Below, one piece after another: positions 16,270-26,381 of a stretch of DNA of 64,000 nt. A program made the translations under genes and the position numbers. This DNA comes from a virus (Duplodnaviria > Caudoviricetes), in the IMG/VR virus record IMGVR_UViG_2901150838_000002, positions 4,005-68,004 of that record, one strand, 5' to 3'. Positions within the stretch are counted from its first letter, which is position 1. Every line of letters begins with the position of its first letter. The notes below the pieces were generated by a model, which searched no databases, was not told the DNA's origin, and saw only the letters and a program-made list of their open reading frames with translations.

Positions 16270-16596
16270 TTATTCTTCCGTGTTACCATGCACCTTCTTA
16301 ATTCTACTGCGTAGATAACGATACAGCCATGTCACCAGCCACGCCCACGCTATCTTCCCACCAAAAACTTTGAATCCATAGTGGATTCGAGCAGGCAGAT
16401 ACTCGTACCGATCGATGAGTTCTTGTTCCTTTGTCAGCACGTACAACTCGAATCCGGGATAGTGGCTCTCGATTTGAGCAATAAAACCGAAGATGCGCGG
16501 GAAAAGATCGGCTGCCATAAAGAGCAAAATAAATAGGAGTAAAGCGATCAGCGCGCCCCACTCCTGCACGAATGGAATGACATGATCAAGTATCAA
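16270..16596 (-). CDS. Membrane protein downstream of endolysin
   Basis: Hydrophobic N-terminal and C-terminal helices; start uncertain. Confidence 0.6.
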   Translation of the reverse strand: MILDHVIPFVQEWGALIALLLFILLFMAADLFPRIFGFIAQIESHYPGFELYVLTKEQELIDRYEYLPARIHYGFKVFGGKIAWAWLVTWLYRYLRSRIKKVHGNTEE

Positions 16597-17453
16597 TTGC
16601 AGACACATCCTTTCGATAATTTCACGGTTTTGGTCGTCCCGTCCCATTCCACCTGCAGACCGAGAGCCTCAGCAAGTTCACGAGCCGGGGCATAGGAGAC
16701 GCCAGATTCTATCGACTCCGTCAAATCGTGACAGTTGACCGTCACCTGTTTGGTGGCGGCATCGTATACCGGCTCCACCCCCAGCGCCTCTGACACCGCT
16801 CTGACCGGGAGCATGGAAACCCCGTCCTTCAGGTAGCCATCAGCTTTTAAGTGGACGCCGTTGATCTCAATGGAAACCTTATCCACAGGTTTTGGGGTTG
16901 GTTGTGGATTTGGTGTGAGTAAATTCTGCACATCCGCTTTGAACTTTCCCCAAGCCTGCGCCGCTGTCAGACAGGTAAATCGGCGGGCGAATTCATCAGA
17001 AACGAAATAGGCTGGGCAGTTTTTTCCTGTGATGTCAAAATGCCTCCACAGTCGATCCACTCCCCAGCCATACCGCTTCAGGATATCAGCTGCCAGCTCA
17101 ACCGTTCGCTGATACATCGATTTAAAATCTCCGTCCGAGTTGACGCACATCTCGATCCCGATCGTGCAGTTGTTCGGGTAGGAACTGAGCAGTTTGAGTG
17201 CTTCAGGCTTGTACGACTTGGCACCTACGTGGTAGCCCATCTCAGTTTCCGGAAGGCAGCGTACAATTTGCTTGTCATCAACAATATAGTGGGCGCTAGC
17301 TTCGGTAGTAGGTTTATTGAAGTAGTTGCGGTTGGCCACGGCGTTGGCTCCTTTTCCTTCATTGGCCGTCCAGTGAATAACAAGGCCCCGGGGAGTGATT
17401 CTGGTCCCGGGGCGCGCATTTCTATTGGTCAAAAGCATATCCGTAATTTGCAT
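16593..17453 (-). CDS. Endolysin: N-acetylmuramoyl-L-alanine amidase (Amidase_2) + copper-amine-oxidase-like stalk domain
   Basis: VIHWTAN, SAHYIVD, IGIEMC, RHFDITGKNCP; PVRAVSEALG repeats. Confidence 0.92.
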   Translation of the reverse strand: MQITDMLLTNRNARPGTRITPRGLVIHWTANEGKGANAVANRNYFNKPTTEASAHYIVDDKQIVRCLPETEMGYHVGAKSYKPEALKLLSSYPNNCTIGIEMCVNSDGDFKSMYQRTVELAADILKRYGWGVDRLWRHFDITGKNCPAYFVSDEFARRFTCLTAAQAWGKFKADVQNLLTPNPQPTPKPVDKVSIEINGVHLKADGYLKDGVSMLPVRAVSEALGVEPVYDAATKQVTVNCHDLTESIESGVSYAPARELAEALGLQVEWDGTTKTVKLSKGCVCN

Positions 17454-17454
17454 G

Positions 17455-17919
17455 TTACTTCCCTTCCTTCTGCTTAATTGCACGATCAGACTTGGCCTTG
17501 ATCTCGGTAGCCACCATATTGACAATAGCCTTTGGCACCGGCCATCCTGCTCGATGAGCATTTGCCGTCAGGCTGTTCCATGTATGATAAATTAGCCCGA
17601 ACGTGACACCGTAAAAGAGGAACCCAGGAGTCGCCATCACCCGATCAAGCAAATTGGCGACCGCTGGAAGGACCAAGAGAAACAATGTCCGAGGAATTCG
17701 ACTCAGCCCATATTCGGATGAATAGGTTTTGTCCTTTTTCTTTGCCGCTTGGATACCTGTGATCCAATCCAATGCGATACATAGCAGAAGCACAACCATG
17801 ATATCTGTTCGGCCAGTGCCGTAAAAATATTGAAAAATAGGTGCCAGCACCGCCCCCATAGCTGCCGCTATACCGTTCGCTGGGGTCACTACATTCTCTA
17901 GGCTCTGGATAAATTTCAT
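17455..17919 (-). CDS. Phage holin (holin_4_1 family)
   Basis: LDWITG and SLTANAHRAGWPVP motifs; precedes endolysin. Confidence 0.85.
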   Translation of the reverse strand: MKFIQSLENVVTPANGIAAAMGAVLAPIFQYFYGTGRTDIMVVLLLCIALDWITGIQAAKKKDKTYSSEYGLSRIPRTLFLLVLPAVANLLDRVMATPGFLFYGVTFGLIYHTWNSLTANAHRAGWPVPKAIVNMVATEIKAKSDRAIKQKEGK

Positions 17920-18012
17920 ATACTCATCTTCCTCCTCACCCCCTCGGGGCAAAAAATAAGCTCCGATCGGTTCGGGGCGGGCTTTCAGTCATGATGAAGA
18001 GGGGCGCGCCCC

Positions 18013-18492
18013 CTATGCAATCTTGGAAAGCTTCTCTGATGAAGCCAGCAGACCAGGCGGCAGGAAATCTTTTGGTCTATCCGGAAGCAACTCGATCCAC
18101 GCGGTCTGATACATCTTGTAAGCCGACTCGCAGCAGTTCATCTTGTTTGCTGCATCCATGACATGGATTCTGCCTTGCGAAAGAATAAACAAGCCATTGC
18201 TGAGCGATTGCCTCAGGTCGTATGGTGTGCGCAAATGCTCGTTGATAAATTGCTGCATCCGATGTTTTTGTAAATCAGATAAGGTCTCCTTGAGACGGAA
18301 AACATCGTATTCATCTGGCCGGTATTCCAAATGACGGATCTGAAAGGGATACCGCCAATCGGTTTCCGCGAGGTGGAGCTCGTCCAGGACGATAGCAACA
18401 TGAGAATAAGGGGAGTCCGTGACCCCCCTGATGATCTTTCCTATCCATGAATCCCCCTTGTAAAAAAGGAGGTCGAAGCGTCTAAGTCCCAC
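18013..18492 (-). CDS. Permuted papain-like amidase (YaeF/YiiX, NlpC/P60)
   Basis: SPYSHVAIV, PYD and NCCE motifs. Confidence 0.8.
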   Translation of the reverse strand: MGLRRFDLLFYKGDSWIGKIIRGVTDSPYSHVAIVLDELHLAETDWRYPFQIRHLEYRPDEYDVFRLKETLSDLQKHRMQQFINEHLRTPYDLRQSLSNGLFILSQGRIHVMDAANKMNCCESAYKMYQTAWIELLPDRPKDFLPPGLLASSEKLSKIA

Positions 18493-18504
18493 ACGCCTCG
18501 CCTC

Positions 18505-19119
18505 CTACCAGTTGATGGAGTCCACTTCTTCTTTGGTTGTTGCAGCTTCAACCTGCGCCTTCAGCGTCCAATACTTGCCGATCTGTTGCTGTTTGTGCTG
18601 ACCAGCTTCAAATACCACTTCGATGAATTGATCGCGGGTCAGGGTAACGATCCCTGCATCCTCCGTTTTCCATTGCGTTTCAGCGAGATCTGGCTTCAAA
18701 AGGAACAGGGTGCTTTGCTGATTAAAGTTTGCTTGGTCCTCCTCGTTGAACCGGAAAGTGTGACCGGTGGATGCAGAGATAAACCCTGCATAGATCGCTT
18801 TGAAGCATTCGTTATTCAGGAAGTCAATTTTCGCTGTCTTTACCTGTTCCAGAGGTGCGGTTGGAGGTGTCAGGTCCCAGATGATGGTTTGGTTGTCTGG
18901 ATCGACTCGATACCGATATTGAGCAAACTTGTCCGAGTCTTGTCCATATTCAAGCTGCAAGCATCCTACTGTATCAGGATTGCGTTCATCTAACGCCGTG
19001 TATGTTTTGAAATCCTGTTCCTGTGTGGTTTCTACGACAAAACCTGCTCGTTCGCCTGTATCAATAAGTACGTTCCCTGTGAGCTTGTCGAAATATATCT
19101 TTCGTCCGATTGTGATCAT
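18505..19119 (-). CDS. Tail fibre assembly protein (DUF4376)
   Basis: IGRKIYFDK N-terminus; DQANF, WKT and INW C-terminal motifs. Confidence 0.75.
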   Translation of the reverse strand: MITIGRKIYFDKLTGNVLIDTGERAGFVVETTQEQDFKTYTALDERNPDTVGCLQLEYGQDSDKFAQYRYRVDPDNQTIIWDLTPPTAPLEQVKTAKIDFLNNECFKAIYAGFISASTGHTFRFNEEDQANFNQQSTLFLLKPDLAETQWKTEDAGIVTLTRDQFIEVVFEAGQHKQQQIGKYWTLKAQVEAATTKEEVDSINW

Positions 19120-19130
19120 GTTATCTCCTC

Positions 19131-19670
19131 CTATTCGTAAGCAAACCAATAAATTGGGTTGGGGAAGCTAATGCTTGAAGCATCTGTTTTAAGAGTAAAT
19201 CCGTTTGTGTCAAGTAACGTAACCTCAAACGGGCCGCCGATGGCATTTGCGAATGTTGATTCGGTGGCATCTTGGAATAGTGCGCGCACAGAATACCTGT
19301 TTCCGTTAGAACTGACCGTACTGGCTATAACCACCCTTGGTTTAAACCCGAGGCCAGTTACGACAGTAGAGTTTGCCTGCCTCATGAGGTTTCCGTTTGC
19401 CGATCTCTTTACAGGAATTGCAGCGACTTTACCAGCCAATGAAGAAAGGCTCTCGCTACCGTTTGCTGTGTTCAGACCTTGTGTATTGATATTTGTTGCA
19501 AGAGTATTTTTAGCGTTCTGCAATTTCGTAATAATCGTTGCAACGTCATCCGTACTTACTGCCGGACTTCCAACCACTGCTGCAAGATCAGCTTTTTGGT
19601 TGACTGCTTCCATAGTTTGAAGCGCTGCAATAATGTCTTTTATTGTTGCTGTGCTTGGTAATTGAGCCAT
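19131..19670 (-). CDS. Tail fibre/receptor-binding-like protein
   Basis: Coiled N-terminus, VTGLGFKP, ends WFAYE. Confidence 0.65.
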   Translation of the reverse strand: MAQLPSTATIKDIIAALQTMEAVNQKADLAAVVGSPAVSTDDVATIITKLQNAKNTLATNINTQGLNTANGSESLSSLAGKVAAIPVKRSANGNLMRQANSTVVTGLGFKPRVVIASTVSSNGNRYSVRALFQDATESTFANAIGGPFEVTLLDTNGFTLKTDASSISFPNPIYWFAYE

Positions 19671-19685
19671 GTCTGCCCCTCCTTT

Positions 19686-20213
19686 CTACTCAAATGCATA
19701 CCATCGAGCGTACATGGTATATGAAGATGAGAATGCCTGTGTAACCACAAAGCTGTTACCAGTAGGTTTTGCTGCAGGCAGGGTTTTTGTAGACATCCCT
19801 GCTACTGATTGCTTCCATGTCGTTGTTGACCCGCCGTACGTTTTCGCCTGAAGGGCGACATCTATAGTGGCCGTTGGGTCATCAGAGGTAGTAGCATAAT
19901 GGAGCAAAATCATGGAAGGAACAAAACCTAATCCTGTGACAGTATAGCTAGATGATGTTCCTGGCAAAGAAAAAGTACCCATTGCCCACTTTTTTCCGAT
20001 GTATATTGATGGGATCGCTGCGATAATATCGGCAAAGGTGGACGCGTTTGAGAGTGGGAGATTGGCGTCTTTTGCTAATAGCGCGTTGATGATGTTCGTT
20101 TTTACTGTACTTTGATTCGTATCAGCTGCATTCACTGCATCGATCAACGCTTTTTTGTCCGCACCATTAAGTCCTTTCCCCAAGCCGTGATCCCGAAGAA
20201 TTTCGCTCATCAT
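19686..20213 (-). CDS. Tail fibre/receptor-binding-like protein (paralogue of neighbour)
   Basis: KKWAMGT, VTGLGFVP, ends WYAFE. Confidence 0.65.
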   Translation of the reverse strand: MMSEILRDHGLGKGLNGADKKALIDAVNAADTNQSTVKTNIINALLAKDANLPLSNASTFADIIAAIPSIYIGKKWAMGTFSLPGTSSSYTVTGLGFVPSMILLHYATTSDDPTATIDVALQAKTYGGSTTTWKQSVAGMSTKTLPAAKPTGNSFVVTQAFSSSYTMYARWYAFE

Positions 20214-21253
20214 GCGCTTGGCACCTCACTTATCACGTCACCGTCAGCATCGTAGGTGATGGTGACGGTGACAGTGTAATCCACTGTGACACCATCCGTT
20301 TTGTAATACACCCTAGTGTCGGTCTGGTAGTTACCTTTGGCATCCGGATTCGAAAAGGTCGATTTCATGTAAAGAGTGTTGTCAGCAATTCTTCGATATT
20401 CGACTACGGTGAAAATTCCGTTTGCATCCTTGCCACTTTTCGTTTTCTTGTAGTTGGTCAGTTGATCAGCAATGAGTCGACCGACTGCATCCCTCTTTGG
20501 GATGTTATTCGCAGCTGTACCAACATGGTAGCCGTCGACCATATCAGCACTAAGGTTTGTGACTGTAGTTGTGCTCGACACGGATAAAGGAGCCGTTCCT
20601 GTCGCCACACTAGACTTCAATTGACGAGCTGAGAGATCACCGCTTGCATCACGGAGAGCAACTGTATCGGCTGTGCTGTTTGCGCTTAACGACTTCCCGC
20701 CGACTGTCGCAGCATCACCGGTGATACTAAAAGCTCCCTTCCCCTGAGCGTCAAGACGAGGAATCTTATTCACTCCACTGGTGGCAACATCCGTTTGCTT
20801 AACAAAAGTATCTTTGGATACGATGTTACGGTTATCGGTTGAAGTAATGACTGAAGTTGCATCAGTAGCGAAGTACCAAAGTTTACATTTGGCATCCGCG
20901 GTTGCCTGAGCAGTGGTGTTTTTGACCATTCCGTCTGAGTCCAGGTAGATGAACTGTCCTTGAGTCGCATTCAACTGGATGCTTCCAGCAGCTACATCAA
21001 ATTTCACTCCGTTCACATACGCGGAACCGGCAGAATAGTTGGCCGTCAGCCCATTCGCTGTGAACGCTAGCCCCGAGATGACGGAGCTGCCCAGAATATT
21101 TTGAGCCAACCCTTCAACCAACTGATGGGCTTTTTCAATTCCAGTTTCAATATTATTTGCCCGGGTGGCTGTAAACTTGGTCCCTTGTTGAACGATTTCT
21201 CCGGTACCAGGATCTACAATGTGATCAACCCACGTGTTTTTTTGGTAGCTCAA
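20210..21253 (-). CDS. Tail fibre protein
   Basis: WVDHIVD..GTKFTA..NNIETGI baseplate anchor; ADMVDG fibre repeat. Confidence 0.8.
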   Translation of the reverse strand: MSYQKNTWVDHIVDPGTGEIVQQGTKFTATRANNIETGIEKAHQLVEGLAQNILGSSVISGLAFTANGLTANYSAGSAYVNGVKFDVAAGSIQLNATQGQFIYLDSDGMVKNTTAQATADAKCKLWYFATDATSVITSTDNRNIVSKDTFVKQTDVATSGVNKIPRLDAQGKGAFSITGDAATVGGKSLSANSTADTVALRDASGDLSARQLKSSVATGTAPLSVSSTTTVTNLSADMVDGYHVGTAANNIPKRDAVGRLIADQLTNYKKTKSGKDANGIFTVVEYRRIADNTLYMKSTFSNPDAKGNYQTDTRVYYKTDGVTVDYTVTVTITYDADGDVISEVPSA

Positions 21254-21570
21254 GATGTGCCCACCTCCACTTTCACCTCAAATTCAAAGGCGATCAGCAG
21301 GCCGCTATCGCCCTTTGTTATGCTTAATGGCTTTACTGCCAATGCATTGCCGCCGCTGTCAACCAATGATGCAGCCTGAATCTGTCCCTGGGATTGCACG
21401 TCGTCCAGATAGATATACTTGGTGACCTTCATGCCGCTGATGCTTGTCTTAAAGATTGGATAAGGCTTCAGTTGACCATCGACATTGATCAGCGCATTCG
21501 CAACATGATTGCTAAGGTCGTCTCGTAGAAGCTCCAACAGCCTATTTTGAACAATAGCCAATGCTCTCAC
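21250..21570 (-). CDS. Baseplate/tail-fibre attachment protein
   Basis: Position and overlapping start/stop. Confidence 0.65.
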   Translation of the reverse strand: MRALAIVQNRLLELLRDDLSNHVANALINVDGQLKPYPIFKTSISGMKVTKYIYLDDVQSQGQIQAASLVDSGGNALAVKPLSITKGDSGLLIAFEFEVKVEVGTS

Positions 21571-21573
21571 CCC

Positions 21574-22221
21574 CTATTCAGGAACAGAGTAGAACGTATT
21601 GGTCAGAGGGTGGTCCACGGAATTGGTCCGGGCTGCTTCTCCCACCATTACGCTCTCTTTATAAATGCGTCCTTCCAGGTCATCCTCGGCATAAAACAAC
21701 CCACAAATCGGATACTCAACCTCGAAGGAACGAGATGAAACTGACACCGTGATCGCTTCCGGCTTTGTCTTAGCCAAAACTGAGAAACTCAAATGTTTTG
21801 GCCGCATTTCGAAAACAGACTCAGCAAGTCGTTCATAATCGAGAAGATCGTCGATATCAACGACCACCTCGAAACGCTTCTCACGTCCATACTCCACAAC
21901 ATTTGCCTGCTTTGATTTCGTGAATTCCCCAGCTATCTTCTCCATTTCCTTTGGGGTGATAAGGGGAGGTATATTCAGCCGAGACAAAACCCTTGCCCGC
22001 CTGGTCTCAATGGCAGTTCCCTCTGGCACCGGCGGGAGTTTTAACTGCCTCTCCCATTCCGTCAGCCCCCACGTTGCAAGAATGGGATTTCCTTGCTTGA
22101 TGACGTCCAGCGCAAAGTCAACACGGCGATCCGATTCACTCTCGATTGCCCCCAAAATGCCATTGGTTATTTTCGACTTCCTGTAATAAGGCGGTATGAG
22201 GAAAATAAGCCGCTGACTCAT
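21574..22221 (-). CDS. Baseplate wedge protein (DUF2313/XkdU-like)
   Basis: ATWGLTEWE, RRARVL and PKHL motifs. Confidence 0.85.
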   Translation of the reverse strand: MSQRLIFLIPPYYRKSKITNGILGAIESESDRRVDFALDVIKQGNPILATWGLTEWERQLKLPPVPEGTAIETRRARVLSRLNIPPLITPKEMEKIAGEFTKSKQANVVEYGREKRFEVVVDIDDLLDYERLAESVFEMRPKHLSFSVLAKTKPEAITVSVSSRSFEVEYPICGLFYAEDDLEGRIYKESVMVGEAARTNSVDHPLTNTFYSVPE

Positions 22222-23327
22222 GCCATCACCTCAAGCGTCACGGAACCAAGAACAGGCACCTCATCGGGTCCGAAAGTGCTGTTTCCTGCCACTCCATTGA
22301 TGGTCAACCCGCCGTAGTCATCGACACCCTTAATTCCCAAGAGGAGAGCGCCTGCTTTTGTCCAAACGACCGGACGAATTGTTTCCTCGGCATCTGTCGA
22401 TTCCAGAAGGTCCAACAGGTATTCGGCCAGTGTTGCCTCATAAGCCGTTGTCACGGTGGCAAGATCGAAATTCTTTGCCAACTTGGCCTTGGCGTAGAAA
22501 TTGAATATTTTTGGCGTTGCAGCAACGACAAATATTCCATCATCACCAGGACCAAGCGGACGATTCGCTTGGATATGTGCCCGGGCTGCTTCCACAATCG
22601 TTGCGTCCGGCGAGGTACCATTCTGACCGAGCAGCACCACGCGAACGGTGTTTGGTCCATCAAGGTTTTCAAAAACCCTAGCGCCGGCAACCCCCGGGAC
22701 CTCCAAAGCCCATTCAATGTAGTGAGCCGCATTCCCAGATGTCGCTCGGCGCCGCACTTTTTGCCAGTATCGGCTCCTAAGGTCCGGATCGGACTCGTCA
22801 TCCGCACCACCTTCCAAATCTGCGAGAAGCTCAATCGTTTGTAATCCGTTAATGTTTTGAACAGGCAATAGCTTCATTCCAGCCTTCAGATTACCTTTCT
22901 GGCCTGTTTCCTCTGCCTGCAGCAACCCCATTCCTACACCCGAACCATCCAGATTTATATCCTCTGGGACAACAAAAAATAGAGGAGCAGCCCCCTCTGT
23001 CATGAAACGAGACCCGGAAGAAATCTTATCTCCGGGAATGCCCGTCAATTTTAATTGTGGTGTGGGGAGCCTGGCCTTTGTTGCCATCTTCCGTGTAATC
23101 CCCTGCGTGCTTACAGCAAGGTCAAGGTTCTCACCCTCTGCATATTCCACCCACAGGGCGTAATAAAGCGCCAAAATATATCGATAACCTTCGGCGTGTT
23201 CCATGGCGTCTACTTTGAGGAAGTCATACGGGATGCTTCCTTCCTCCACATTCATTGGCCCAGTGATAGACAGGTACTTTGCCACTAGCCTGTTAAAAAT
23301 TTCGTCTTCGGTTGGAATCGTCATCAT
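22218..23327 (-). CDS. Baseplate J/gp47-family protein (XkdT-like)
   Basis: GGADDESDPDLR, GNAAHYIEWALEVPGV. Confidence 0.9.
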   Translation of the reverse strand: MMTIPTEDEIFNRLVAKYLSITGPMNVEEGSIPYDFLKVDAMEHAEGYRYILALYYALWVEYAEGENLDLAVSTQGITRKMATKARLPTPQLKLTGIPGDKISSGSRFMTEGAAPLFFVVPEDINLDGSGVGMGLLQAEETGQKGNLKAGMKLLPVQNINGLQTIELLADLEGGADDESDPDLRSRYWQKVRRRATSGNAAHYIEWALEVPGVAGARVFENLDGPNTVRVVLLGQNGTSPDATIVEAARAHIQANRPLGPGDDGIFVVAATPKIFNFYAKAKLAKNFDLATVTTAYEATLAEYLLDLLESTDAEETIRPVVWTKAGALLLGIKGVDDYGGLTINGVAGNSTFGPDEVPVLGSVTLEVMA

Positions 23328-23764
23328 TCAACTATCACCTCCTGCGGGATCGCCCCCTGATCTGTGACAAGCAAATAGCTTATTTTGAGGCCGGCTCCAA
23401 TCCATGCAAATGAGAAGCCCTCACATCGATCGATACCATACAGAAACTCCACTGCTTCCCGAACAAGGCGCTTTGCTTCTGCCTGTTTCCATTCCCGAGT
23501 ACCTTCGCCCCTGATCAGCTCCTTTAATTCATGGCCGTAAGCAGAAGTATAAATAGGGTAGGTGTAGCGATCCGTGCTCAACGCCTTCTGTGCATTTTGC
23601 TGGAGAGCCTCTACTCCATCGATAATGATCGGTATCCCGTTCGGGTGTAAGAGAAATTCTCCCTGCTCAATGTCAAATGCGTAAGTTCGTAGAGAGGGTT
23701 GCTGCTGCTCTTCTGTTGCTTGTGATTGTTCAACCTGATCAATAATTTCAGGGAAAATGCTCAT
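23324..23764 (-). CDS. DUF2634/XkdS-like baseplate protein
   Basis: KALSTDRY..Y...YGHEL. Confidence 0.85.
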   Translation of the reverse strand: MSIFPEIIDQVEQSQATEEQQQPSLRTYAFDIEQGEFLLHPNGIPIIIDGVEALQQNAQKALSTDRYTYPIYTSAYGHELKELIRGEGTREWKQAEAKRLVREAVEFLYGIDRCEGFSFAWIGAGLKISYLLVTDQGAIPQEVIVE

Positions 23765-24186
23765 GGCCGCACCACCCTATCGATGATGTAATAACGCGAA
23801 CCGACTGAAGCAACAAGGACCCTGTCCCCTTTTTTGAGGACATCCTCATACTTCAACTCCACAAAGTTGTAGGAGAATTTTGTGAGCTCAGGTGATGGCG
23901 AATCGTCATCCGTATCCAGAAGGTCCTTTTCTGTCTTGTCCCCCAGATTACGCTCTTTCTGCTCTTCATGAGCGATGGTGACGATCCGCGAATGCCTTGT
24001 AAGGTGCTCCGCGATCATAAGAAAATCCTTACCGAATGGTTTGTTTATGCCATCGATAAGGATTGATAGGTTGGGGGGCGGGGTCTGCACGGTAGCCAAT
24101 TCAAGGCGCATTTCTTTCGGGACTGAATTTGCATCTGACTTATTCGGCCCTCCAAGCACATGGGCAAGTTTTTGAAACCCGTTCAC
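23761..24186 (-). CDS. DUF2577/XkdR-like spike protein
   Basis: ATVQTPPP...LKKGDRVLV...YYIIDRV. Confidence 0.8.
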   Translation of the reverse strand: MNGFQKLAHVLGGPNKSDANSVPKEMRLELATVQTPPPNLSILIDGINKPFGKDFLMIAEHLTRHSRIVTIAHEEQKERNLGDKTEKDLLDTDDDSPSPELTKFSYNFVELKYEDVLKKGDRVLVASVGSRYYIIDRVVRP

Positions 24187-25181
24187 GCACCGCTCACCTC
24201 CATCTGCAACTGTAACTTCATTTCATGATAGCCAGGACGAATCGTATGACTATCTCCCCAAACTGTATAAATCCCGTTCAGCTCCGTGATTTCCTCAAAT
24301 ACCTCGATCTTTGTACCGGAAATGATATCATCGATACCCAGTGAGCTGACGGAGGCTTCGTCTTTTACCTTGTTCAGGTTGCTCAGTTCCTGCTTTGCAA
24401 GAGACGATGCTGTCCCCTTTTTCTCATCTTGGACCTCGATTACTTTGACCATTTTGCCGTATCGTTTGGCGTTGGTCTGATCCAACTGCTCGTGCAGAAT
24501 CGCGCTGCTTTCGTTGTCGCTACCAATCACCCTGACCGCCGTCCTCATTTCGCTGATCGAGCGTTTGCGGCTCGCATCGAGTAGGCTGGTGCCCTGACTG
24601 ATCTTCCACTGCTTTGTTTGGCCCCTTTGGGTTCCCACGAACACTTTCCCTTGCTCAAGCCAACACCAGTATCGAATGCCGCTGCTGCGATACACCTGAT
24701 TTAAGATGTCCACCACCGCATCCCAAAGGCTTTTCCGGATAACCTGTTTCTCAACGTATGGCATCGGGCCGATTTGTCCGATTGGGATGCCCACTTGCTG
24801 GAACATCCTTGTCAGCAGCGCATCGGATCTCTCCCCTGTTGTGACCTCCACCACGTCGTTATTAAGAAGGTAAAAGCCGAGATCATACGCGACGGGATTG
24901 ATATCTCCCTTTGATGTTTTCCCGAGATCAACAATCATGCCGGCAAATAGAGAGCGAGGCGCACCAGTAAAATAGGAGATCATCTCCATCAAGTCGCCTT
25001 CTTCAACATCAATCTTCGGCCAAAACTTATCCCGTCCCCTATTTGTTTTCACCGCCAATGTCCGCTTTGCTTCTTGCCGACTGCCCGACCATGTGGCTTC
25101 CGTGAAAGGAATTCGTTGAGCCGTTTTACCGGGCTTTTGAATGCGAATCTCGTATCGATAATTGGGCTGCATGGCGGACAC
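24183..25181 (-). CDS. Baseplate hub protein (XkdQ-like)
   Basis: WSGS...AYDLGFYL...HEMKLQL. Confidence 0.85.
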   Translation of the reverse strand: MSAMQPNYRYEIRIQKPGKTAQRIPFTEATWSGSRQEAKRTLAVKTNRGRDKFWPKIDVEEGDLMEMISYFTGAPRSLFAGMIVDLGKTSKGDINPVAYDLGFYLLNNDVVEVTTGERSDALLTRMFQQVGIPIGQIGPMPYVEKQVIRKSLWDAVVDILNQVYRSSGIRYWCWLEQGKVFVGTQRGQTKQWKISQGTSLLDASRKRSISEMRTAVRVIGSDNESSAILHEQLDQTNAKRYGKMVKVIEVQDEKKGTASSLAKQELSNLNKVKDEASVSSLGIDDIISGTKIEVFEEITELNGIYTVWGDSHTIRPGYHEMKLQLQMEVSGA

Positions 25182-25182
25182 C

Positions 25183-25770
25183 TCACTTCTTCAGCTTTGG
25201 TTTCCCGCGGGAAAGGTATTGGTCAACCAAGCTCTCTTTCTCTTTATCCTTTGTGGAAGATACCTTCGCTGAGCGAGTATCGGGGCGTATTTTCCCGCCA
25301 TTCACTGTCTGGAAGGAAATATTCACGTTGGTGCTTTCCAACGTAATAAAGCGGTATTCCTTCAATGTCAGACTGAATTCTATGTCAAACCCATCCCACT
25401 CGTGAGAAAAGTCTCGTATGGTGGCCGGAGTGTTAATGGAGCTGCCGGTGACTGTAAAGCGGATCGGATAGCCTGAGTTCTTCCATCGTTTGATCGTCTC
25501 GACAAACTCCTCTGGGGAAGGGAATCCCTCATAGTCACAAATCCCAGGGTCATATGTTTCCGGCCAGATGGTAGAGAAAGAATACTCGTCCAGCTGCGGG
25601 TCGCCGATGATAGTCGCTTCCCCTACCGCGACCAGCTCAATGTCGGTATAGGAGTGACCAATCTTCACGGATATCTTTGGCGGCAGGACGGGCAAGCGGA
25701 GCCTCTCTGCGTTATTGTTCCAGGTCAACCAGAACTCAAGATGTTTGGATTTCATCTCACCTACCCCCAA
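25183..25770 (-). CDS. Tail tube initiator (XkdP-like, no LysM)
   Basis: LPVLP...FSLTLKEYR. Confidence 0.8.
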   Translation of the reverse strand: MGVGEMKSKHLEFWLTWNNNAERLRLPVLPPKISVKIGHSYTDIELVAVGEATIIGDPQLDEYSFSTIWPETYDPGICDYEGFPSPEEFVETIKRWKNSGYPIRFTVTGSSINTPATIRDFSHEWDGFDIEFSLTLKEYRFITLESTNVNISFQTVNGGKIRPDTRSAKVSSTKDKEKESLVDQYLSRGKPKLKK

Positions 25771-25820
25771 TAGAAAGAGACGCCCGATCTATTTGAAAGG
25801 GCGCCTCTATTACACTTGTT

Positions 25821-26321
25821 TTATTTCATTTCAAAAATATATTCTTCAATACTTTTGGTTCCGACAGCGGCCATCCCAATTTTTGAGTTGCCAAATCTCG
25901 CTGCAGCTTTTAAGATGCCGTACCCAAATCCGTTCGGGTTGTTGTCTGGCTCATGAATATACAACCATACCGCCTCATCGGTTTGATATTTATTTCGGAT
26001 GTCTAAAACAATTTTTCTCAAATCCTCTTCCGATGATGCACTTGTTGTAACTCTAATATTCTTGTGAGTTTTGTTGCTTTCCTGATCAGCAATTGAATAC
26101 TTGGGAACGTCTTTCACTTCATAAAGATTTTCCTTTTGCTGTACCGTTTCTTTGGCGGAATTTGCATCTGAAATAACACCGATAAACGCTAATACCATTG
26201 AAACCAGTGCAATCAGAAAGTTTCGTTTGGCTTTTCCATTTTTTCTAATTGCACTAATGATTCCAATGATTATAAAAACCAGGAAAGCCAATATACCCAA
26301 AATGCCCAATGCCTTCCACAT
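25821..26321 (-). CDS. Membrane protein moron inside tail operon
   Basis: Two N-terminal TMs; AT-rich; own RBS and downstream hairpin. Confidence 0.75.
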   Translation of the reverse strand: MWKALGILGILAFLVFIIIGIISAIRKNGKAKRNFLIALVSMVLAFIGVISDANSAKETVQQKENLYEVKDVPKYSIADQESNKTHKNIRVTTSASSEEDLRKIVLDIRNKYQTDEAVWLYIHEPDNNPNGFGYGILKAAARFGNSKIGMAAVGTKSIEEYIFEMK

Positions 26322-26381
26322 CCAAGAAGCCTCCTTTGTAGTTTGTAGGGGATATTCTCTATTTTTACAAAGAATACCTCT

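Noticed and set aside
18505-21253. Diversity-generating retroelement or invertible tail-fibre cassette
   Set aside because: No reverse transcriptase or invertase and no nucleotide-level TR/VR pair or flanking inverted repeats seen
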